A stretch of DNA of 38,663 bases from Candidatus Woesearchaeota archaeon. GTDB taxonomy: Archaea > Nanobdellota > Nanobdellia > Pacearchaeales > GW2011-AR1. Under the pieces are notes generated by a model. That model saw nothing but the letters and a program-made list of their open reading frames with translations. It was not told the origin of the DNA and made no database searches. This document shows positions 1 to 7,582 of the stretch, piece by piece; the stretch's first letter is position 1, and each line of letters opens with the position of its first letter. The DNA is taken from the NCBI GenBank assembly GCA_964395405.1, contig CAYNAV010000003.1:1-38663 (forward strand). The letters run 5' to 3'. A program made the translations under genes and the position numbers.

Positions 1-22
1 CAAAGCTTATAACGTCCACCCA

Positions 23-56
23 TGAATATCACAAAATACCCATACGCCCCAACCGG
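23..56. repeat. 34-bp direct repeat, copy A (identical to 7204..7237): last 12 nt of tRNA-Asp plus 22 nt of its 3' flank; att-like scar
   Basis: tgaatatcacaaaatacccatacgccccaaccgg is read at both places, 34/34 identical. Similarity continues imperfectly about 6 nt to the left. Sequence from 57 onward is not tRNA-like. Confidence 0.8.
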
Positions 57-89
57 CGTGAGGACCATTGAGGTCAAATTTAGGGCGGA

Positions 90-224
90 CTAATCAATAA
101 CTTCAATTGTAACTTCTGCTAAAGTTCCAGGCTTAAGTTTATCTTTTAATAAGGTAGGAATTATTATAACCGCTTGTTTGCCATGTTTGGCTATTCTTTT
201 TGTTATTGTGAACTGTTTATTCAT
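90..224 (-). CDS. small SpoVT/AbrB-like (swapped-hairpin) DNA-binding protein, 44 aa
   Basis: Below the ORF-track cutoff. ATG at 224-222, TAG at 92-90. Protein MNKQFTITKRIAKHGKQAVIIIPTLLKDKLKPGTLAEVTIEVID. The G-x3-V-x-IP...L-x-x-G pattern is typical of AbrB/MazE/VapB-type proteins. Confidence 0.4.
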   Translation of the reverse strand: MNKQFTITKRIAKHGKQAVIIIPTLLKDKLKPGTLAEVTIEVID

Positions 225-255
225 CTTAAAAAATTAAAATTAAAAGTTTAATCCA

Positions 256-624
256 TTACTTAGGCTTATATCTATGAACATCACTTGCTATTGAGTTATA
301 ATTTACTTCCCAATATTTTCTTATTGCAGAAAGCTCTTCCCTTCTAGAATCATCTCTCTCTGATTCAAGCACCGCGTCTATCACAGAAAGTCCAGGATTT
401 TTTCCTATCAGGGGATGTCCTGGAATCACACGATCTGCTACTCCTGATTTAAGTGCTTTATGCATTCCTACAGATTGCTTTACACAAGTTAATAAATATC
501 CAAGACCATTCTCATTAAGTTCGAGATCTCCAGGCATTTTTGTAGACTCTTTTACACCATGACCTGCGAGATATGCAAGGCCTTCCTCTGCAATTTCCCT
601 TCTTGTTTTACTTTCTTCAACCAT
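256..624 (-). CDS. hypothetical protein (122 aa from ATG 624; the track ORF starts at GTG 636)
   Basis: GGAGGTG SD (complement of 634-640) lies about 9 nt upstream of ATG 624, 2 nt after the stop of the preceding gene. No recognisable motif. Confidence 0.6.
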   Translation of the reverse strand: MVEESKTRREIAEEGLAYLAGHGVKESTKMPGDLELNENGLGYLLTCVKQSVGMHKALKSGVADRVIPGHPLIGKNPGLSVIDAVLESERDDSRREELSAIRKYWEVNYNSIASDVHRYKPK

Positions 625-625
625 T

Positions 626-1015
626 CTATTCTTCACCTCCTTTCAAGATTTTTTCTAAATCTTCTGGCAAACATCCTTTTTCAAGGCAGTGTGTTGCTCC
701 GTGTTGATATCCCAATTTTCTTGCTTCTTCATTTTCGCTCGTATGCAGAATCCTAATTTTTGCATAATCTCTTGTTTCTTCTAGTACTTTGTATCCTTCT
801 CTTGGAATATCTGGCCCCCATCTTAAGTCTATAACCAAAGCATCATAATTTCCAGTTCTTGCCATCTCAACAAACCTTCGAGGATTGTCTGTAAAATCAT
901 AATCTGCTAATCTTCCATAACTATACACAAAATTTTTATGGCAATGATCCCCTGGATTTCCGATTTGGTCATCTCCTACTAGAACTCTTGGTTTTGATTG
1001 CTCTTCAGTTGCCAT
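626..1015 (-). CDS. divergent CheY-like receiver domain protein
   Basis: VLVGDD (beta1 acidic pair), YDALVIDLRW (phospho-acceptor Asp position), ILHTS (beta4 Thr/Ser), ATHCLEKG (beta5 Lys). There is an insertion after the DD pair and no output domain. Confidence 0.55.
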   Translation of the reverse strand: MATEEQSKPRVLVGDDQIGNPGDHCHKNFVYSYGRLADYDFTDNPRRFVEMARTGNYDALVIDLRWGPDIPREGYKVLEETRDYAKIRILHTSENEEARKLGYQHGATHCLEKGCLPEDLEKILKGGEE

Positions 1016-1016
1016 C

Positions 1017-1676
1017 TTATCTATTAATCTTCTCCCAGGAATATCCTATTTTAATAAGCTCTTTTATTACTGGAACTTCTAATCTTGCTCTTTCTAACAT
1101 TGAACCAAGCAATTCTTTTTTATGATCTCCCCAAGTTATACTTCCCATGTGTGTTTCGTATTCATCAATATCAAAACGACCATTACCGAGTTGTTCATAA
1201 TAGCCATTTAATCTTCCTATAAGAATTCCTGCTCGTCTGCATGCTTCTTCTCCATCTTTTGCCATTTGAACATATTCCTCAAATCTTTGCTCAGTCCATG
1301 CCTTAATGAAGTTATGACTAAAATTATTTGTAGACATGCTTGTCATCTCCTCTGGAGTTTCTATTCCTTCTTTTTTTAATAAATATCTCGCCGCCCGACT
1401 TGCCCAAATATCTTTAGCTATACCTCTAAGATAGGGTGCATTCTTTGGCATTTCATTAAATACTCTGTCAGACACTTCTCCAGCAACTTGAGAGTCATGT
1501 TCATTTCCAGCATAATATAATCTTAATTGTCTTTCAACTGCAGATACAGCCGCTGGCAATCCCTGAACATAATCTTTACCATATTGTGTGGATATTTTTT
1601 CTCTAACTATTCGACTAATATTATCTCCTTGAAATTCAGGAAGTCGAGCTATTTCTTCAAGATTTATTTCTACCAT
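1017..1676 (-). CDS. hypothetical protein (219 aa from ATG 1676)
   Basis: ATG 1676 lies 1 nt after the stop of the upstream ATPase gene. The track start 1727 would overlap it by 50 nt. No motif recognised. Confidence 0.55.
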   Translation of the reverse strand: MVEINLEEIARLPEFQGDNISRIVREKISTQYGKDYVQGLPAAVSAVERQLRLYYAGNEHDSQVAGEVSDRVFNEMPKNAPYLRGIAKDIWASRAARYLLKKEGIETPEEMTSMSTNNFSHNFIKAWTEQRFEEYVQMAKDGEEACRRAGILIGRLNGYYEQLGNGRFDIDEYETHMGSITWGDHKKELLGSMLERARLEVPVIKELIKIGYSWEKINR

Positions 1677-1677
1677 C

Positions 1678-2208
1678 TTAATTTTTACTCCTAATTTCAT
1701 TGAGAATAAATTTAACTCTCTCTTCAACAGAAACTGCTGGAACTCTTACAACCTTATACCCTGCATTTTCATATGCCTGTCCTATGCAACCATGGATTCT
1801 TGAAGCAGCCTCTGAATCTTCAACCCTTGCAGAATCTGTTTTATAATCTTTAAGAGGATCAAGTAAGAATACTCCTGAATATCTATTCTCATTTATTGCT
1901 GTGTTCAATTCTCTTGGTACTTTTAGGTTATCTGCAAGATAATATCCTGCTCCATCTGCTAAACCTCTGTCTAAAAATACAGGTTTTCCATTTACTTTTC
2001 CTTCAAGCTCAAGTTGTCTCTTCATGACTGCTTGTTGGAATGAATCTCGGTCTATCCAAGGCAAAATCTTTCCATCAGTTCCTTGCTGTTCCTCAATTAC
2101 TAGTCTTGCAACTTCAGGGAGAGTCTGGTATCCCTTTTCCTGAAGAGCTGCAATCAGAGTACTTTTACCTACGCAAGGTCCGCCAGTAATCACATATTTG
2201 TTTGCCAT
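1678..2208 (-). CDS. P-loop NTPase, AAA_28/COG3911-like predicted ATPase
   Basis: MANKYVITGGPCVGKSTLIAALQEKGYQTLPEVAR contains a Walker A motif and the layout of NadR-like small ATPases. ATG 2208 sits right after the stop of the upstream gene, with GGGAGG upstream. Confidence 0.7.
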   Translation of the reverse strand: MANKYVITGGPCVGKSTLIAALQEKGYQTLPEVARLVIEEQQGTDGKILPWIDRDSFQQAVMKRQLELEGKVNGKPVFLDRGLADGAGYYLADNLKVPRELNTAINENRYSGVFLLDPLKDYKTDSARVEDSEAASRIHGCIGQAYENAGYKVVRVPAVSVEERVKFILNEIRSKN

Positions 2209-2209
2209 C

Positions 2210-2653
2210 TTAGTCCTCGCCTCCCAAGGCACTCCTTATTAATCCTGCTAGTAAGTAAGGATCTCTTATCTTTGGGACTGCATAAGACACATACCCTGTA
2301 TCAAATCTTGCAGGGTCTCCACCAGTATGCCCTATTACTTTGATTCCAGGTAGTTTCTCGCAAGCATATTTTGCTATAGTATTTCCATTGTCTCTTAACC
2401 CAGCCTCAATTGCAAGACTTCCTGTCCCAGGCATATCAAGGTCAGTTATAATCAAATCCAATGATTTGTGTCCAAGCTTTCTTGCAGATACATTCAAGTC
2501 AATTATAGCCATAGCATGATCAACTCCCTCAGCAAAATCCACGTCTAGATGAGACAATCCTGGTACCCTTAGCCTTTCCATCCCATAGAAAGCATCTGAA
2601 AGTCTTTTCAGGTCATTCCTATCATCATCTACAAATAATATTTTTTTTGTCAT
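2210..2653 (-). CDS. stand-alone response-regulator receiver domain protein
   Basis: KILFVDDD, LIITDLDMPG, VIGHTGG, AVPK: a canonical receiver motif set with no output domain. Confidence 0.75.
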   Translation of the reverse strand: MTKKILFVDDDRNDLKRLSDAFYGMERLRVPGLSHLDVDFAEGVDHAMAIIDLNVSARKLGHKSLDLIITDLDMPGTGSLAIEAGLRDNGNTIAKYACEKLPGIKVIGHTGGDPARFDTGYVSYAVPKIRDPYLLAGLIRSALGGED

Positions 2654-2740
2654 TTTGTTTTTTCTCTTGATTTATTTTGTTTAAGCAGTTATTGTGTAAC
2701 TACTTATTAATAGTCATAAGATAAAGGGTTATATAAAGAT

Positions 2741-2764
2741 TAAGCCCCCCATAAGGGGGACTTA
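2741..2764. terminator. palindromic element copy 1 (TAAGC-CCCCC-ATAA-GGGGG-ACTTA), hairpin flanked by A-run/T-run
   Basis: Lies 43 nt downstream of the ABC operon stop (2807). The core cccccataaggggg is identical to the one at 6338..6351. Symmetric A/T-rich flanks could terminate in both directions. Confidence 0.4.
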
Positions 2765-2806
2765 TTTAACAGAATAAAAATGAATTACCAAAATAAAAAC
2801 AGAGAA

Positions 2807-3562
2807 TTATTTATCAAATTCTTCAAATATCTCTTCTTCTAATCTCAAAAATTCAGAACTAAACTTAACTCGCGGTCTTTGAATGTTTATATCAATAATC
2901 TTTCTAATACTTCCTGGACTAGAAGACATTATTGCGACCCTATCTGCCAAAGCAACTGCTTCAGAAACATTATGAGTGACGAACACAATGGTTTTTTTCT
3001 CTTCTTGCCATATACGAATAAGTTCTTCCTGTAGCTTATCCCTAGTAATAGGATCTAAAGCCCCAAAAGGTTCATCCATAAAAATAATATCTGGATTGAC
3101 TGCCAAGGTTCTTGCAAGCTGAACTCTTTGTTTCATTCCTCCAGATAATTCTGAGGGATGTTTATCTTCAAATCCCAATAAACCAACAAGCCGGATATAC
3201 TTCATTGCAATACTCTTTCTTTGATTCTCTTCAATTCCTTGTATTTCAAGACCATAAGCAACATTATCTATTACACTTCTCCAAGCAAATAATGCATTAT
3301 CCTGAAACATTGTTACATATTTGGGATTAGGTTCTAGCACTTCCTGCCCATTAATAAGCACTTTCCCATTAGTCGGCCTTTCAAAACCAGCCATAACATT
3401 AAGGAGTGTAGATTTTCCACAGCCACTAGGCCCCAAAATACAAAAAAATTCTCCTTGTTTTACTGTAAAATTAACAATATCTAATGCATAAACTTCTTGA
3501 CCCTTTATCTTTTTATTAAAACATTTATTCACATTTTCTACAGATATTTTTATCTTTTCCAT
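2807..3562 (-). CDS. ABC transporter ATP-binding protein, NitT/TauT (nitrate/sulfonate/taurine) family-like
   Basis: Walker A GPSGCGKST, signature LSGGMKQR, Walker B IIFMDEPFGALD, H-loop VTHN. Confidence 0.9.
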   Translation of the reverse strand: MEKIKISVENVNKCFNKKIKGQEVYALDIVNFTVKQGEFFCILGPSGCGKSTLLNVMAGFERPTNGKVLINGQEVLEPNPKYVTMFQDNALFAWRSVIDNVAYGLEIQGIEENQRKSIAMKYIRLVGLLGFEDKHPSELSGGMKQRVQLARTLAVNPDIIFMDEPFGALDPITRDKLQEELIRIWQEEKKTIVFVTHNVSEAVALADRVAIMSSSPGSIRKIIDINIQRPRVKFSSEFLRLEEEIFEEFDK

Positions 3563-5250
3563 TATAAAATCTCCTTATAAGACCATTTAGCCTTAACTTT
3601 ATCTTCAAAATAACCCAATATCCTATCCAAAGCAAACCCTATTAAACCAATTATAATCATTCCTGAAATTATTAAATCAGTTCTCAAAAAATTTCTTGCA
3701 TCTAAAATCATATACCCTAACCCCGAATGCATGCCTACCATTTCTGCGGCTACAATTATAACCCAAGAAATTCCTAAAGAAATTCTTATACCTACCATAA
3801 TATAGGGAAATGAAGCAGGGAGAATTATTTTAGTAATCATATTTTTTCCTTTTGTTCCAAAATTTCTTGCTGCCTTAATGAGATTAACATCGATATTTTT
3901 TACAGCTGATTGAGAAGCAAGCATTATTGGGAAAAAAGCGGTTATGAATATAATGAATATTGCAGGCTTATTCCCAATTCCAAACCAAAATATCGCCAAT
4001 GGAATCCAAGCTATTGGTGAAATCGGCTTAATTATTTGTATTAGGGGCTCAAAAGCAAATCTGGATTTTTTGTAGGTTCCCAAAAGCAAACCAATTGGAA
4101 TTCCAAATATAACTGCCAGAATAAACCCAACAAAAACTCGATATAAGCTAGTAAATATATTCACAAAAAGAACGCCACTCCGAGCTATTTCTACGGTTCC
4201 TCTTAAAACCTCAATCGGCGAAGGAAATAATGATGAAGATATTAACTTCCATGAAGCAAACTGCCAAATTAGAAGAATAGAAATAAATACCATTAGAGGA
4301 TAAATTATTTTTTCTCTTAAAATTTTCCTTCTCTGTCGAATACCTTGATTTACGGTTATTTTTTCATATGATTTTTTAGCGAAACTAGAGTCAACAAATT
4401 TAGAGATATCAATCTTCTTTTTAAGAAGATTCATTTTGTCAACCATATAATTCTGTATCTCATCGAATTCTTTTTCAAGAGGAAGTAAATCCCACGAACT
4501 CACTCTTCTTTTCTTTTCATTTAAAACTTCATAAAGAACAGACGGAGGTTGACTTAAAAACTCAGAACCAATCTTGCTTGCTTCTGTAGGTTTTTCATAC
4601 ATAAAAGTCCCCGAATTTACTAAACTATCCACCAATTCCTGAATAGCCGCTGTATTTTTTAATAAATTCTCTTTTAAAACCAAAATACAATCTATATGAT
4701 GTTTCTTTATATCTTTAGATAATATTTGAACTTTTCCAACATGTTCATATTCTGCCTGTGCCCCAAAAGGCTCAGAACCAAAATAACCAATAATTTTTCC
4801 CTGTGTAAGATTTTTAACAAAATCCGGAGGAGCTAACTCAACAGTTTTTATATCTTTAAAATAATTTATCCCATTATCTGACAGATATTTATGCAAAAGA
4901 AGACTATGTGTTGAGAGATCATCTGGAATTCCTATAACTCCTCCCTTTATATCTTTTAAAGAATGAATTTTGTTACTAACCACTAATCCCAGCCCCTCCC
5001 GATGCCCTAGGAGTACTGTTTTCAATGAAGATCCTGAAGACTTTAATGAAATTGCGTACGGAGCCATAATAAAACCTCCATCAATTTTATCCTTCTCTAA
5101 AGCATCAGCAAGCTCAGGCCACGAATGGAATTTTATTGGTTCAAGATGTATACTCCGGAACTTGGACCCATCTCTTTTAGCAGATATTCCAAGAATTAAA
5201 TGATCAATTATCGGTAGATAACCAATTCTCAACCTTAACCTCTCTTTCAT
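3562..5250 (-). CDS. fusion protein: N-terminal NMT1/SsuA-like substrate-binding domain + C-terminal ABC permease (TauC/SsuC-like)
   Basis: Residues ~1-300 resemble the neighbouring SBP (GYLPIIDHL.., GSEPF). Residues ~320-562 are a 6-TM BPD-type permease (..AARNFG..ILPASFPYI..). There is a 1-nt overlap with the ATPase gene. Confidence 0.75.
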   Translation of the reverse strand: MKERLRLRIGYLPIIDHLILGISAKRDGSKFRSIHLEPIKFHSWPELADALEKDKIDGGFIMAPYAISLKSSGSSLKTVLLGHREGLGLVVSNKIHSLKDIKGGVIGIPDDLSTHSLLLHKYLSDNGINYFKDIKTVELAPPDFVKNLTQGKIIGYFGSEPFGAQAEYEHVGKVQILSKDIKKHHIDCILVLKENLLKNTAAIQELVDSLVNSGTFMYEKPTEASKIGSEFLSQPPSVLYEVLNEKKRRVSSWDLLPLEKEFDEIQNYMVDKMNLLKKKIDISKFVDSSFAKKSYEKITVNQGIRQRRKILREKIIYPLMVFISILLIWQFASWKLISSSLFPSPIEVLRGTVEIARSGVLFVNIFTSLYRVFVGFILAVIFGIPIGLLLGTYKKSRFAFEPLIQIIKPISPIAWIPLAIFWFGIGNKPAIFIIFITAFFPIMLASQSAVKNIDVNLIKAARNFGTKGKNMITKIILPASFPYIMVGIRISLGISWVIIVAAEMVGMHSGLGYMILDARNFLRTDLIISGMIIIGLIGFALDRILGYFEDKVKAKWSYKEIL

Positions 5251-5251
5251 A

Positions 5252-6244
5252 TTAATTAATAGTTAAGCCCAAGTCTTTATAAGCTTTATCTGCAAATTTT
5301 GTATTAACAAATGCAGTCATATTAATCGAAGATTTTATAGCACCAATACTGAGCATATAATCCTGTAATTTTGAATATTCATCTGCCTTAGGATAAAGAT
5401 TATCATAGGTACTTATTGCTTTTGCATCTTCAAGCAATGCTGGAGCGATATTCATCATATAAGGCGAAGTGATATTTGCAGCTTCTTTTGGATTATCTTC
5501 AATCCATTGTCCTGCTTGGATTATCGTGGTAACATAATCTTGTACTGCTTCTGGATGCTGATCAATCATTTGCTGATTGAATACAACAACACAATCTAAT
5601 CCATTTAATCCTTCAATCTCCATCTCATCCCAATTCTTGAAAATCTTTCCAATATTCTTTGAAATTGCTAATTCCGGAAATGGTTCAGAACCAATAAACC
5701 CATCAATTCCTCCAGCCGCCATGGTAGAAACAAAATCCGGAGGAGCAACATCTAATAATCGAATATCAGTAGAAACATTAAACCCATTCTCAGTTAAGTA
5801 ATGATATAGCATAAAATAATGAGATGAAAAATGAGAAGGAACTGCGATGGTCTTTCCTCTTAATTGCTGAACCTCCGTAATTTCTTCTTTTGTTACCAAA
5901 GCAATATCTCCCCGGTGAGATAATACAACTGTTTGCCCCTTAAATCCATTAGTAACCATCTTTATTCCAAGAGTATTCAAAATATGTGCCCCATCAATTT
6001 GTCCAGAAGCGAGTGCCTCAGAAAGAGCAGCCCAGTCAGTAAATTTAACAAGTTCAATATTAGTATCTGCAAACATGTGTCTTGCATCTGCAACCATTAT
6101 GGGTAAATGGTCTGTTAATGGTAAGTATCCCACTTTAAGAGTTACCTTTTCAGAATCGTTTGTAGAATGTGTTGAATAAACATAGATTCCAATTATAAGT
6201 ATAATCACCGCAATGATCACAATAACTAAATTTTTAGTTTTCAT
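5252..6244 (-). CDS. membrane-anchored ABC substrate-binding protein, NMT1/SsuA/TauA-like
   Basis: N-terminal TM anchor (LVIVIIAVIILIIGIYV), then VGYLPLTDHLP, GSEPF, and APPDF shared with the fused SBP domain. Confidence 0.7.
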   Translation of the reverse strand: MKTKNLVIVIIAVIILIIGIYVYSTHSTNDSEKVTLKVGYLPLTDHLPIMVADARHMFADTNIELVKFTDWAALSEALASGQIDGAHILNTLGIKMVTNGFKGQTVVLSHRGDIALVTKEEITEVQQLRGKTIAVPSHFSSHYFMLYHYLTENGFNVSTDIRLLDVAPPDFVSTMAAGGIDGFIGSEPFPELAISKNIGKIFKNWDEMEIEGLNGLDCVVVFNQQMIDQHPEAVQDYVTTIIQAGQWIEDNPKEAANITSPYMMNIAPALLEDAKAISTYDNLYPKADEYSKLQDYMLSIGAIKSSINMTAFVNTKFADKAYKDLGLTIN

Positions 6245-6327
6245 TAATGCCTCTCTTTAAAACAAAAAAGAGTCAAATAGTTTAAATATGTTTCTATCAT
6301 AAAAAATTTTATAATATCTTATTTATA

Positions 6328-6359
6328 AAATAAAGCACCCCCATAAGGGGGCTTTATTT
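6328..6359. promoter_or_regulatory. palindromic element copy 2 (AAATAAAGC-A-CCCCC-ATAA-GGGGG-CTTTATTT) in the divergent ABC/TrmB intergenic region
   Basis: 13-bp arms with one bulged A. Same 14-nt core as 2745..2759. Sits between the SBP start (6244) and the TrmB TATA-like box. Confidence 0.4.
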
Positions 6360-6366
6360 AGAAAGG

Positions 6367-6375
6367 TTTTTATAC
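6367..6375 (+). promoter_or_regulatory. TATA-like box (tttttatac) for the TrmB gene, leaderless-type spacing
   Basis: About 21 nt between the box and ATG 6396, with no SD in between. The same geometry is seen at 8804..8813, 12678..12687, 35613..35620 and 38589..38596. Confidence 0.4.
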
Positions 6376-6395
6376 TAAAAAATCATTGACAACTC

Positions 6396-7142
6396 ATGCA
6401 ACTAGACATCCTTAGAAATATAGGCCTCACAGACTCCGAAATAAAAGTATATATGGCCCTTCTTGAAATCGGAAGCTCTTCAAAAGGGCCTATAGTGGAT
6501 AAGTCTGGTGTTGCATCTTCAAAAGTCTATGAACTCTTAGAAAAACTTGTTCAAAAAGGCCTTGTCTCATCTGTTGTCAAATCAAATGTTAAATATTTTG
6601 AAGCCGCTTCTCCTAAGAGATTATTGGATTATGTAAAAGAAAGAGAAGACAAACTAAAAGAACAACAGAAAGAGCTTGAGAAACTCATTCCAGATTTAGA
6701 ATTAAAAAGAGAAATGAAAAATCTTGGATCAGAAACGCAAGTATTCAAGGGTCTTAAAGGCGCAAAAACAAGTTTTGATGATATTTTGAATAATCTAAAA
6801 AAAGGAGATGAATATTATGTTCTGGGTATATCTAAATTTGAACCTGAATTTGAAAGATTTGTTGTGAATTTTCACAGATTAAGAGCTGAAAAAGGCATTA
6901 AATGTAAGATTATTGTAAATGAATTGACTAAGGATATTGGGAAACAGCTGGACAAAATAAAACTCACGCAAGTAAAATATGCAAAAAAAGAGCTTTTCAC
7001 ACCGGTTGTATTCATTGTCTATGGTAACAAAACACTAATCTCAATAAGTCTTGATAATGTCTTTATTCAGGTAGACTCAAAAAATCTTGCTGATGGATTA
7101 AAGACTTATTTTGAATATCTCTGGAAACTCGCTAAAAAATAA
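6396..7142 (+). CDS. TrmB-family transcriptional regulator
   Basis: N-terminus LGLTDSEIKVYMALLEIGSSSKGPIVDKSGVASSKVYELLEKLVQKGLVS..KYFEA is the classic TrmB wHTH, followed by a coiled coil and a C-terminal effector-type domain. Confidence 0.8.
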   Translation: MQLDILRNIGLTDSEIKVYMALLEIGSSSKGPIVDKSGVASSKVYELLEKLVQKGLVSSVVKSNVKYFEAASPKRLLDYVKEREDKLKEQQKELEKLIPDLELKREMKNLGSETQVFKGLKGAKTSFDDILNNLKKGDEYYVLGISKFEPEFERFVVNFHRLRAEKGIKCKIIVNELTKDIGKQLDKIKLTQVKYAKKELFTPVVFIVYGNKTLISISLDNVFIQVDSKNLADGLKTYFEYLWKLAKK

Positions 7143-7166
7143 TTCTGTCACAGCCTTGTGACAGAA
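7143..7166 (+). terminator. perfect 10-bp stem / 4-nt loop hairpin directly after the TrmB stop
   Basis: ttctgtcaca-gcct-tgtgacagaa. There is no following T-run, so function as a terminator is uncertain. Confidence 0.35.
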
Positions 7167-7203
7167 GAAAAATTAAGAAATCAGCAAATAAAAAAGACGC
7201 CCT

Positions 7204-7237
7204 TGAATATCACAAAATACCCATACGCCCCAACCGG
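7204..7237. repeat. 34-bp direct repeat, copy B (tRNA-Asp nt 61-72 plus 22 nt 3' flank)
   Basis: Identical to 23..56. Confidence 0.8.
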
Positions 7238-7297
7238 GGATTGAACCCGGATCCCGGCCGCGACAGGGCCGTGTACTAACCACTATACTATTGAGGC
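7226..7297 (-). tRNA. tRNA-Asp: tRNA-Asp (anticodon GUC), 72 nt, no encoded CCA
   Basis: Reverse complement is GCCTCAA TA GTAT AGTGGTTA GTAC A CGGCC CTGTCGC GGCCG GGAT CCGGG TTCAATC CCCGG TTGGGGC G. The acceptor stem is 7 bp with one G-U. D, anticodon and T stems all pair. The anticodon loop C-T-GTC-G-C gives GUC. Discriminator is G. Confidence 0.9.
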
Positions 7298-7298
7298 A
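7281..7298. repeat. attL-type 18-bp direct repeat (tRNA-Asp nt 1-17 plus 1 nt), identical to 38614..38631
   Basis: cactatactattgaggca at both sites, 18/18. Flanking bases differ on both sides. Confidence 0.8.
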
Positions 7299-7305
7299 CT
7301 AATTT

Positions 7306-7331
7306 TGTTAACTTTTAGTAGTGTTAACTTT
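7306..7331. repeat. two direct copies of tgttaacttt (7306..7315, 7322..7331), 16-bp period, just inside attL
   Basis: Read directly. Each copy contains the GTTAAC palindrome. A near-inverted copy aaagtttac lies at 38594..38602 next to attR. Possible arm-type integrase sites or part of the new tRNA upstream region. Confidence 0.3.
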
Positions 7332-7582
7332 CCTTAATCTCTTAAGGATAACTATACTTATTTTTTCAATTTATAAACTTTATTGAAAGCAATTTCACCA
7401 ACAAGCTCAATATCCAATTAATCCTCAATAATGGCGCTACGCTCTTTAATCAGGTTTTATAAGATGCCCTTCTGGAACCCTCCTTTTAAGCTTTTCATGA
7501 TGATTAAAGGATTAGTAAGGTTAAATATTTTACGGAAAAAACTCACAAATGTTTTGTTTAATAAAATGAACTAATCATCTTC

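Noticed and set aside
57-100. Possibility that 23..100 is a second, degenerate tRNA-Asp gene
   Set aside because: Only the 12 nt corresponding to the 3' acceptor / T-stem end match. The reverse complement of 57..100 does not fold into T, anticodon or D arms.
559-756. Plus-strand 65-aa ORF across the junction of two minus-strand genes
   Set aside because: It is antisense to two coupled genes that have SD and start signals. The translation is Phe/Leu-rich and looks like a shadow ORF.
3112-5801. Plus-strand ORFs 3112..3330, 4970..5203 and 5577..5801, antisense to the ABC transporter genes
   Set aside because: They lie entirely inside well-supported minus-strand genes with clear ABC motifs. Their translations are low-complexity with no motif. 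They are typical antisense shadow ORFs.
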